Origin: the human T2T-CHM13v2.0 reference genome, Homo sapiens
Assembly: GCF_009914755.1 (NCBI RefSeq)
Contig: NC_060942.1
Reading direction: 5' to 3' (one strand)
Length of the DNA stretch: 64,000 bases
Position numbers and translations under genes: made by a program. The notes under the pieces were generated by a model. The model had not been told where the DNA came from. It searched no databases and saw only the letters and a program-made list of their open reading frames with translations. Shown one piece after another: positions 25,111-36,472 of this stretch (position 1 is the first letter of the stretch; every line of letters starts with the position of its first letter).

Positions 25111-26294
25111 AATTATAGAAAATAAATTGAGTGTTATTACCTTATTTCTGTCTTTTGTTTAGTTGTTGTGTTTAGTTCTTTTGTTTAGTTCTGTCCAGTT
25201 GTATACTGATTTTTAAAGTTTTATTTTTATTTACTTTGGTTTTGCTTGTTTTTATGTAAGATATTCTGTTCATTTATAGCTTCTACATGTATTGTAAATT
25301 TGGTTTAAATACTTAAAATTCTTTAAATAAAGTAATTTAAAATCATTCTTTAATCCGCATCTAAGTAATTATACAAATTAAGGAGAAAATTATTAATTCT
25401 TGCTAAGTAGGACAATTGAGTTTGCAGTCCTTTACTCTTTTATAACTATTGATATAATTTAAAATTTTATACACTATTAATTTTTCACAATATTGAAAAT
25501 ATTGTTTTCCATAATTTGTGACAAATTTGTAAATAAGACTACTATTATACCTATAAAAATTATTCATATTAAACTGATTCAAAACTGCTTTTGATGTCTA
25601 CTTCATTATTTGTCTATTTTGTTCTCTTAAAAACTGAAATTTTACTTTTGTGCATAATAACATTATTTTTTCTTTCTCAGAAAGATATATTCGTAAACAT
25701 ATTTATTTACTTTACATGTAGACTACTTGAGTGATTACTGAATTCTGGGGTTTCAAAATATTTGGTATTTTAAAAAAGAAGCCTGTTTTACATTTCTATT
25801 TCTCTTTAATTTAATTGTATATTTTTCAAAGTCTATTTTCTGTTTGGATTTTTATAGAGTTTTAACTTCTTCATTATGTAATCCAAGATCTTTGTTTGAT
25901 ATTTCTAGCTGTTGACCTTTGTATGTGTAACTGGCACACAATAAAGATATCTGATAAGTACTTTCAAGATCAATTTATAAGTCAGAAAATACTTTGCTCA
26001 TGCAATTTTATCATTTGTTAAGGTATATTTCCTTTGCATGCTTCATTAGGATTCTCAATTATCCACACACTTAATTTTTTTTCTTTGTGCTTTATATAAA
26101 ACATTTTCATCTTTGTTATTTTGAGATTTTGTGCTTTTACATATACTCTGCATTCTAGAAACATTCCTCCTCCTCCTCCAGGAGTTTAAAAGGGAAACAC
26201 TGTATTTTTCTGTTTTCTATTCACTCTTTCTTTTAGGACTTCTTATGAAATATAGTAATTAAAGGAACCATATGGTAGTTGTTGATTAATTTTG

Positions 26295-26520
26295 TTTGAT
26301 AAAATTTATTTCCTTTACAATGGTTTTATGTTTACAGGAAAAGTGTGAAGATAGGACAGAAGGTTCTCATATAGCCCATCACCGATACCTTCTATTATTA
26401 AGAGCTGACATTAGTATCATACATTTGTCATAATTAATGAAACAATATTGATACATTGTTATTAATAAATGCCCATACTTTATGTAGATCACAGTTTTTA
26501 CCTAATAACTTTTTGCTGTT
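26295..26520 (-). mobile_element. L1MC/L1MD 3' end fragment
   Basis: 'ggttttatgtttacaggaaaagtgtgaagatag...catttgtcataattaatgaaacaatattgatacattgttatt'. Confidence 0.7.
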
Positions 26521-26981
26521 TAAGTTATTATTTGAAATAAACAATGTATAACATGGTATACATTTTAGCCCACAGATTTCTTATGAGGGTGACATGAAAT
26601 AATTAATGTAACAGCACAACCCCAATGAGGCACATTGAACAAGTGCTGGCTCCTTCATTCCTAAGCAGTGGTCGACCAAATGAGAAACTTGTACTCTACG
26701 GATTATGCAGGAAAATCTACTTTGGAGGAAAGATGCTATATAAGAAATTTAAAAATTTTTATTTTTGTCACATTTGTTTTAATTTTATTTTGTATATCTT
26801 ATAATAACATAATACATGAATATATTGGTATATATACTTATAATGGAATGCATAAAATAGGTTTCTTGCAATACTTTTATATTGATAAAGATGCATAATT
26901 TTTTTGAAAATGGGGAACTCAATCAATGCCTTAGAAGAAACATACCTGGCATCTTGGACAAAAGAACTAGGTTTATATAGC

Positions 26982-27346
26982 TGTCTTAGTCTATTCTCAT
27001 GCTGCTAATAAAGACATACATTAGACTGGGTAATTTATAAAGGAAAGAGAGGTTTAATCGACTCACAGTTCCATATGACTGGGGAGGCCTCACAATCATG
27101 GAGGAAGGCAAAGGAGGAGCAAAGGCATGTCTTACATGGCAGCAGGCAAGAGAGTGCGTGCAGGGGAACTGCACTTTATAAAACCATCAGATCTTGTGAG
27201 ACTTATTTTTTATCACAAGAACAGCACAGGAAAACCCACGTCCATAATTCTATTACCTCCCACTGGGTCCCTCCCATGACATGTGGGGATTATGGGAGCT
27301 ACTATTTAAGATGAGATTTGGGTGGGGACACAGAGAAACCATATTA
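26982..27346 (-). mobile_element. THE1 (B/C-like) MaLR solo LTR inserted in a MIR
   Basis: 365 bp; 'tgtcttagtc...gctgctaataaagacatac...gactcacagttcc...gagatttgggtggggacacag...aaaccatatta'; 5-bp TSD atagc/ataac. Confidence 0.92.
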
Positions 27347-28636
27347 ATAACTGTTCAAATAATTAATAGGTGTATGACCTGGAACACAATTTTTAAATTG
27401 TCTAAATTTTAGTTTTCAGTTATGTAAGTGGAATGCTACCAACTAAAAGGGGTAATTAAAAGAGAAAACATTAACTAAAAAAGATAATTAAAAGAGATTA
27501 TAACTGACAATTTTGTAATTTCTGTAATTGTGGTTGATTTTATAAGTTGTTAGAAAATAATGAAGTCAAGTATAAAGGTATGATCTTCCTGAGCTGCATT
27601 TGCCATAGTAATTTATAGTGAGATGAAATCTAGTAATGTAGATCAATGAAGATATCCAAGATCGTAAAAATACTCTAACTGTATAACTCATATTTGTTGT
27701 TAATAGAAGCTAAACCAAAGATAATTATCTGATTTAATTACTGAAGATTCAGCAATATATTGCAAATATTATTTTTTAATTATTTATTTTTAATGTCTAC
27801 AGGGACTTCTAGAGTTACAAAGAATAGACATTAGAGTTCTTTTTTGTATTGCATGCTTAAAATCAAAATTTGTAAATCAAATTCTTAAAATTATGTTTCT
27901 TTTTTATATTTTATACATTACTATAAGTTCCTAAAATATTTTACTTTTTAAGATTTTCAGTTTTTTGATACTTGTAAGAAATCTATGTGTGCCTATTATC
28001 TTTCTAAACATTCTCTTGATCTTAGCAAAATTTAGATCATCTAAAATTTCAGCTCACATTACAAAAAAATCATTAAGCTAAATTTAAATTTATTATTCAT
28101 GTTGGTATAAATTTTATTCTATATATTTTCATTATAAACACATGTAGGAGTGTCTTTCTATAGTATCAATACTGAAAAATAAGATTTATTCATTAAAATG
28201 TGATGTAACTTATGTTACTCATGGGTATTTATTAAGTTAATACATTTATGTAAGAAGAGCTTCATAAACACCCATGATGTTTAAAGGCCTTATCAATACT
28301 GTTTTGCTCTCAGCTCCTATGCATTCTGTGATAATGGACATTAAAGGAGCGTTTTTTTAGGAGCCAATGTTTTATCCAATGGAATGTTTAGTTTGGTCTG
28401 TTACATGGAATATTAAGATTTTTAGGTAAGAAGACTTCTACTTCTGACCTAGGTGGAATACCAGGGACTAAATTTACCCTCCTGCCTGAAGCAACTTTTA
28501 AACTAGAAAAACAGACCAAATATAAGAAATGATAATTCTCAAGATATTGGCAATCAGGTCACAAAATCTCCAAGAGACAGGAAACAAAAGAGGTTAGCCA
28601 CACAACTACTCCAGAGTATTGGCTAAGGTAACTTTC

Positions 28637-29478
28637 TTTCTTTTTTTTAAATTTTTATTATTATACTTTAAGTTCTGGGGTACATGTGCAGAACTTGCAG
28701 GTTTGTTACATAGGTATACAGGTGCTGTGGTGGTTTGCTGCACCCATCAACTCGTCAACTACATTAGGTATTTCTCCTAATGCTATCCCTCCCCCAGCCC
28801 CCGCCCCCCACCCCCCAACAGGCCCCAGTGTGTGATGTTCCCCTCCCTGTGTCCATTTGTTCTCATTGTTCAACTCCACTTATGAGTGAGAACATGCAGT
28901 GTTTGGTTTTCTGTTCTTGTGTTTGTTAGTTTGCTGAGAATGATGGTTTCCAGCTTCATCCATGTCCCTGCAAAGGATATGAACTCATCCTTTTTTATGG
29001 CTGCATAGTATTCCATGGTGTATATGTGCCACATTTTCTTTATCCAATCTATCATTGATGGGCATTTGGGTTGGTTCCAAGTCTTTGCTATTGTGAACAG
29101 TGCCACAATAAACTTATGTGTGCATGTGTCTTTCCAGTAGAATGATTTATAATCCTTTGGGTATATACCCAGTAATGGGATTGCTAGGTCAAATGGTATT
29201 TCTAGTTCTAGATCCTTGAGGAATCGTCACACTGTCTTCCACAATGGTTGAACTAATTTACACTCCCACCATCAGTGTAAAAGCGTTCCTATTTCTCCAC
29301 ATCCTCTCCAATATCTGTTGTTTCCTGACTTTTTAATGATCACCATTCTAACTGGTGTGAGATGGATCTCATTTTGGTTTGGATTTGCATTTCTCTAATG
29401 ACCAGTGGTGATGAGCTTCTTTAAATATGTTTGTCAGCTGCATAAATGTCTTCTTTTGAGACGTGTCTGTTTATATCA
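28637..29478 (-). mobile_element. 5'-truncated L1PA (PA6/7-like), about 840 bp
   Basis: Primate L1 3' UTR and ORF2 C-terminus (ALFTIAKTWNQPKCPS); 15-bp TSD gctaaggtaactttc (28622-28636) / gctaaggaaactttc (29479-29493). Confidence 0.95.
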
Positions 29479-31640
29479 GCTAAGGAAACTTTCAATGCTG
29501 CAGCACATGATGGGAAACTCAGGCTGAGCTAGGAGGTCACTTTTAGCTGAAAAGATATAGCTGAGAGTCTGGCAAGGACAAGGCAGCTTGAGTCTACAGG
29601 TGAGAGTACCAGAGTGGACAGTGTTTTCTAAACCTCATGACTCATATTGCATTGGATAGAGTCATCTCAGAGGTTTTGCTTCAGTAGTGGGAATAATTAA
29701 CCTTAGACTAAATGCTGCACTGATTCTTCATGACACGGCATAGCAGAAAAGCCAGAGAAGATCACACTTTTGCTAAGTAGCTTAACTGCCTCCCAAACGA
29801 AACTGTAATATATACACAGATTTTTTTAATCCCACACACAATATCTTTTATCCAACTAAAAGCTTTTAGACATAGAAAGATACAATAAAGCATTGTCCAT
29901 GATGAAGAGGAAAATTAAACAATCATATCTAAACCAGAATTGATATAGATGAGAGAATTAATAGATAAGAATATTAAAATAATTATTACTGTTTCATGTA
30001 TTTAAGAAGCTAGACAAATTTTGAATATGTTAATCAGAGCTATGAAAGATATCAAAATACCCTGCAGCCAATTGTTAGAGTTAACTACAGTGTCTGACAT
30101 GAAAAATACTTTGGATAGGATTAATGACACATTAGATGTAGCAACACAAATATTAGCAAACTTGAAAATATAGTAATAGAATGTACTCAAAAGGGAAAGA
30201 ACAAAAAAAGGAACAAAAACTTTAAATAGAACTTCATTGCATTGTGGGACAGCTTTATCAGCCTAATAGATATGAATATGGAGTCCCTGAAGAAGCATGA
30301 GGGAGTTCAGAGTAATATTTGAATAAACAATGGCTAAGTTTTAAAATGTGATTAAAACTACATACCTGCAGACCCCAAAATACAGTAAACCCTATCGCAA
30401 TAAAACAAGAATAAAACCACACCAAACTTGTCATCATCATATTAGTTAAAACCAGTGATAAGGAGGAAAATCTTATAAGTAGCCAGAGGAAGGATACATT
30501 ATGTTCAGAAGAATACAAAAGAGGATAAAAACAGATTTCTCATTGAAAAAATGCAAACAAAAAGGCAACGGAGCAACATATTTAGGATACTGAATATAAA
30601 AACTGTTAACATAGAATCCATTTTGGAGCAAAAATACTTTACAAACATGACAATAAAATAATCTTTCAGAAATACAGAGGCAGAACATATTCATTACCAG
30701 TTGACTATCTCTAAAGAAATGTGGAGGGAAGTCCTTCAAACAGGAGAAATATGATACCAGGTGGAAAACTGAAGGTACACAAACAAATGAAGAGCACTGG
30801 AAAACAGTAATGTCATGATTAAATAGAAAAAAATCCTTTCTTTAATTTAACATATTTTAATACTTGTATAACAAAAAATAATAGCAATATAATGTGAAGT
30901 TTATAAAATGTATAGAATTAAAATATATGACAATGGTAGCATAAAGTCCCAACAAGGAGTAAAGGAAGTATACTGTTGTAATGTTATTAAATTATATATG
31001 AACTGGTATATGATTTGATATATATCAAAGTATGAAGCAACCACTAACATAACACAACAAAAGGTTACAATAATTGAAAAGTCAGCTTAGATAATTAAAT
31101 ATTATCATTAAATAAAAAGCTCAAGTCATCTAAGGAATGAAGAAAAGAGGGAAAAAGAAAAAAAACAGCAATGAAATAGCAAGATGGATGGCTTTAAATC
31201 CAACCATATAAGTAATCACATTACACTTAAATGGTCTGTATACCCCAATTAAAAACAGATTGTCAGATTGGGTTAAAAAGAAAGACTGAGCCATGTGCTG
31301 TCTACAAGAAATCCACTTTAAATATAAAGACATAAATGAGTTAAAATAAAATTATTTAAAATATATGCTACATAAATATTTATTAAGAGAAATCTGCATT
31401 AGCTACATTTGTTTAAAACAAAACAGATTATTAAAACAGAACCTATCATCTGGGATAAATAAGGTCAATTCATAATGCTACAGAAATCAATTTACCAAGA
31501 GGAAATAACAACCCTAAATGTTAACAGAGTTTTAAACATATTTTAAAAAGCCTGTTGGAATTGCAAAGAGAAATAGTAAAATCCACAAATACAGTCAAAG
31601 ATTTAACTTCTCTGGATCAATAATTAGTAAAATAATAGGA

Positions 31641-33225
31641 ATTTTATTCTTTTTGTGGCAATTGTGAACGGGACTGCCTTCCTGATTTGGCTCTTGGCTT
31701 GTCTATTGTTGATGTACAGGAATGCTAGTAATCTTTATATATTGATTTTGTATCTTGAAACTTTGCTGAAGTTGTTTATCAACTGAAGGATCTTTTGGGC
31801 CGAGTTGGTAGGGTTTTCTGGATATAGAATCATGTCATTTGCAAACAGGTGTAGTTTGACTTCCTCTCTTCCTACCTGGTTGCACTTTATTTCTCTTGAC
31901 TGATTGCTCTAGCTGGGCTTCCAATACTATGTTGAATAAGAGTGGTGAGATAGGGCATCTTTGTCTCCTGCCCGTTTTCAAGGGGAATATGTCCAACTTT
32001 TGCCTATTCAGTATGATGTTGGCTGTGGTTTTGTCATAGATGGCTCTTATTATTTTGAGGTGTGTTCCTTCAATACCTGCTTTACTGAGAGTTTTTAAGA
32101 TGAAGTGTTGTTTAATTTTATCAAAAGGCTTTTCTGCATCTGTTGAGATAACCATGTGGTTTTTGTCTTTAATTTTGTTTATGTGATGAATTGCATTGTT
32201 TGATTTGCATATGTTGAACCAACCTTTCATTCTAGGGATGAAGCCTACTTGATCATGGTGGATTAGCTTTTTGATGCTGCTGGGTTTGGTTTACAGGTAT
32301 TTTGTTGAGAATTTTTGCATCAATGTTCATCAAGAATATTGGCCTGAAGTTTTCTTTCTTGTTGTGTATTTGCCAGGTTTTGGTATCAGGATGATGCTAG
32401 CCACACAGAATGAGTTGGGAGGAGCCCCTCCTCCACAATTCTTTGGAATAGTTTCAGTAAGAATGGTACCAGCTCGTCTTTGTATGTCTGGTAGAATTCA
32501 GCTATGAATCCATCTGGTCCTGATCTTTATTTTGTTGGCAGGCTATTTCTTCCTGATTCAATTTCAAAGCTCTTTATTGGTCTGTTCAGGAAATCAATTT
32601 CTTCCTGGCTCAGTTTGGGAGGGTGTACGTGTTCAGGAATTTATCCATCTCTTCTAGGTTTTCTAGTTTGTGTGTATAGAAGTGTACATAGTAGTTTCTG
32701 ATGGTTATTCTTATTTCTCTGGGGTCAGTGCTAATATCTTCTTTGTCATTTCTAGTTGTGGTTTTTTTTAGGATCTTCTTCCTTTTCTTTATTATTAGTC
32801 TAGCTAGCAGACTGTCTATCTTATTAAATTTTTCAAAACAACTCCTGGATTTGTTGATCTTTAGAATGGTTTCTCATGTCTCAATTTCCTTCAGTTCAGC
32901 TCTCATTTTGGTCATTTCTTGTCTTCTGCTAGCTATGGTGTTGGTTTCCTCTTGCTTCTCTAGTTCTTTCAGTAGTGATGTTAGGTTGTTAATTTGACAT
33001 CTTTCTAACTTTTTGATATGGGCATTTAGTGCTATAAATTTCCCTCTTAACACTGCCTTAGCTGTATCCCAGAGATTCTGGTATGTTGGATCTTGGTTTT
33101 TATTAGTTTCAAAGAACTTCCTGATCTCTGCCTTAATTTCATTATTTACCAAAAAGTCATTCAGGGGCAGGGTGTTTAATTTCCATGTAATTGCATAGTT
33201 TTGAGCTATTTTTAAAGTCTTGACT
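31641..33225 (-). mobile_element. Older primate L1 (about L1PA11-16) ORF2 segment A
   Basis: ORF track gives ORF2p peptides: GWFNICKS...DAEKPFDKI...[18 protein letters not shown] and [19 protein letters not shown]. Confidence 0.9.
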
Positions 33226-34777
33226 TTTTAATTTCTAATTATTTTTTCTTCAACTTTTATTTTAAGTTCAAGGATACATGTGCAGGATGTGCAGGTTTGT
33301 TACATAGGTAAACATGTTCCATGGTGGTTTGCTGCACAGATCATCCCATCCCTAGGTATAAGCCCAGCATCCATTAGCTATTCTTCCTGATGCTCTGCCT
33401 CCCCAATCTCCCCCTTCGACAGGATCCAGTGTGTGTTGTTCCCCTCAGTGTGTCCATGTGTTCTCATCATTCAGCTCACACTTATAAGTGAGAACATCCA
33501 GTATTTGGTTTTCTGTTTCTGTGTTAGTTTGCTGAGGACAATGGCTTCTAACTTCATCCAAGTCCCTGCAAAGGGCATGATCTTATATCCTTCTATAACT
33601 GCATAGTATTCCATGATGTATATGTACCACATTTTCTTTATTCAGTCTACCATTGATGGGCATTTAAGTTGATTCTATTTCTTTGCTACTGCAATGAATA
33701 CACACATGCATGTATCTTTGTAATGGAATGATTTATATTCATTTGACTATATACTTACTAATAGGATTTCTGGGTCAAATGGTATTTCTGCCTTTAGGTA
33801 TTTGGGGAATTGCACACTGTCTTTCACAATGGTTGAACTAATTTACACTATCACCAAGAGTGTAAAAGCATTCTCTTTTTGTGACATCACCAGCACCTGT
33901 TGTTTAAGGACTTTTTAATAATTACCATTCTGACTGGTATTAGATGGTATCTCATTGTGGTTTTGATTTGCATTTCTCTAATGATCAGTGATGATGAGCT
34001 TTTTTTTATATGTATGTTGGCTGCATGTATGTCTTCTTTTGAGATGTGTCTGTTCATGTTCTTTTCCCACTTTTTAATGGGGTTGTTTCTTTCTTATAAA
34101 TTTGTTTAAGTTCCTTGTAGACTCTGGATATTAGACCTTTGTCAGATGGATAGATTGCAAAAATTTTCTCTTTTTCTGTAGGTTGTCCAATCACTCTGAT
34201 GATAGTTTGTGTTTTGCAGAAGCCCTTTAGTTTATTAGATCCCATTTGTCAATTTTTGCTTTTCTTTCTATTGCTTTTGGTGTTTTCATCATGAAATCTT
34301 TCCTGTGCATATGTCCTGAATGGTATTGCCTAGATTTTCTTCTAGGGTTTTTATAGTTTTGGATTTTACATTTAAGTCTTTAATCCATCCAGAGTTAATT
34401 TTTGTATTTGGTATAAAAAAGGAGTCCAGTTTTGATTTTCTGAATATGGGTAAGCCAGTTTTCCCTGCACACTTTATTAAATAGGGAATCTTTTCTCTAT
34501 TGCTTGTTTTTGTCAGGTTTGTGAAGGTCAAATGGATGTAGGTGTGCAATCTTATTTCTGAATTCTCTATTGTGTTCCAATAATCTATACATCTGTTCTT
34601 GCACCATGCTGTTTTGGTTACTGTAGCCTTGTAATATAGTTTGAAGTTGGGGGTCATGATGCCTCCAGATTTGTTCTTTTTGCTTGGGATCATCTTGGCT
34701 ATTCACGCTGTTTTTTGTTCCATATGAATTTTAAAATAGTTTTTTCTAACTTTGAGGAATGTCAATAATAGTTTAAT
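33226..34777 (-). mobile_element. 5'-truncated L1PA (PA11-13-like) segment B
   Basis: Own T-rich tail and 3' UTR 'tgctgcacagatcatcccatc...agcccagcatccattagctattcttcctgatgctc'; ORF2 peptide [26 protein letters not shown]. Confidence 0.9.
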
Positions 34778-35263
34778 CTTGAGTTCTAATTTGATTGTGC
34801 TGTGGTCTGAGAGAGTGTTTTGATTTCAGTTCTTTTGCATTTGCTGATATGTGTTTTACATGTGATTATGTGATCAATTTTAGAGTAAGTGACATGTGGC
34901 AATGAGAAGAATAAATGTATATTCTGTTGGTTTGGGGTGGACAGTTCTGTAAATATCTATCAGGACCACTTGATCCAGAGCTGAGTTCAGGTCCTGAATA
35001 TCTTTGTTAATTTTCTGTCTTGATGATCTGTATAATATTGTCAGTGGGGTGTTAAAGTCTCCCACTTGTGTGGGAGTCTAAGTTTCTTTGAAGATCTCTA
35101 AGCACTTGCTTTATGGATCTGAGTGCTTCTGTATTGGGTCCGTATATATTTAGTATAGTTAGCGCTTCTTGAATTGAGCCTTTTACCATTGTGTAATGCC
35201 CTTTTTTGTCTTTTTTTTATCTTTTTTGCTTTAAAGTCTCTTTTGTCTGAAATTAGGGTTGCA
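34778..35263 (-). mobile_element. L1PA ORF2 endonuclease-domain segment C
   Basis: GDFNTPLTILYRSSRQKINKDIQDLNSALDQ peptide; resumes at about the L1 position where segment A stops. Confidence 0.9.
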
Positions 35264-35716
35264 CATGTGTGTTTATTGCAGCACTGTTCACAATAGCAAA
35301 GACATGAAATCAATCTAAATGCCCATCAATGACAGATTGGATAAAGAAAATGTGATACATTTACACTATGGAATACCATGCAACACTAAAAAACAATGAG
35401 ATAATGTTTTTCTGTGAAAACATAGATGGAGCTAGAGGCCATTATCCTTAGCAATCAAACACAGGAACAGAAAACCAAATACCACATGTTCTCACTTATA
35501 AGTGAGAGCTAAATAATGAGAACTCATGAACATAAAGAAGAGAACAATAGACACTGGGGCCTACTTGAGGATGAAGGGTGGAATGAGGGAGAGGATCTGA
35601 AAACAATAACTGTTGGGTACTAGGCTTAGTTATGTGGGTGACAAAATAATCTGTACAACAAACTCCATGGCATAAGTTTACCTATATAACAAACCTGCAC
35701 TTATAGCCCTGAACCT
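35260..35716 (+). mobile_element. L1PA13-15-like 3' end (segment D), lacking a poly(A) tail
   Basis: 'tttattgcagcactgttcacaatagcaaagac...gggtactaggcttag...aaataatctgtacaacaaac...aacaaacctgcac...ccctgaacct'. Confidence 0.9.
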
Positions 35717-36472
35717 GTATTCAACATTGTAAGGGAGTTCTAGCCAATGCAATTAGACAAGAAAAGCAAATGAAAGACATTCCTTTTGGAAAGCATGAAG
35801 TATAATATTTTTCTCATGATTTAATCATATATGTAGAGAATTTGATGGACTCTACAAAAACAGCCTATAAGAATGAATAGTGAATTGATTTTCAACAAAG
35901 ATGTGTAAGTAATTCAATGGAGAAATATGGTCATTTTATTAAGTGTTAAGAAAACAGTGAATGATACAGGACACAAGATATGCGTCCTGTAATTCACTAT
36001 GTACAATAATAGCAAATACTGAATTATACAGGATACACGGTGGATAGACAAAGATCAATTATGTTTCTATAGACTAGCAATGACTGATAAGAAATTTTCT
36101 AAAAAAATAAAAACACTGCTCACTTTGACAGTACACCTACTAATATTGGAATAATACAGAGTAGACTAGAATGCACCAGAATGACATGCAAATTTGAGAA
36201 GCATTACATATGTGTGAGATAAATATTATATGAGGTACCTGACATAGATAAATTCATAGAGATACAGTGTAGAAAGGTAGTTATTAGGGGCTGGGTCAGG
36301 GAGGGAATGGGGAGTTATTGCTTTATGGATACAGATATTCATTTTGGGAAGATGAAAAATGTTCTGGAGATGAGTGGTGGTAACGGTTGCCCAACAATGT
36401 GAATGTACTTAATGTCACTGTACTGTACACTTAAAATGGTGAAAACAGTAAACTTTAAGTTATGTATCTTTT

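Noticed and set aside
27075-27087. PRDM9 hotspot motif position in THE1
   Set aside because: The minus strand reads CCTCCCCAGTCAT, which fails CCNCCNTNNCCNC at three positions.
27240-27260. DUX4 site typical of THE1 LTRs
   Set aside because: Reads cataattctatta rather than catgattcaatta; degenerate.
28415-28432. ttttag|gtaaga recursive-splice-like motif (similar ones near 14925, 53708 and 56112)
   Set aside because: Short pyrimidine tracts or weak donors; expected by chance in T-rich DNA.
28786-28830. C-rich tract (G-quadruplex on the minus strand)
   Set aside because: Standard L1 3' UTR polypurine tract.
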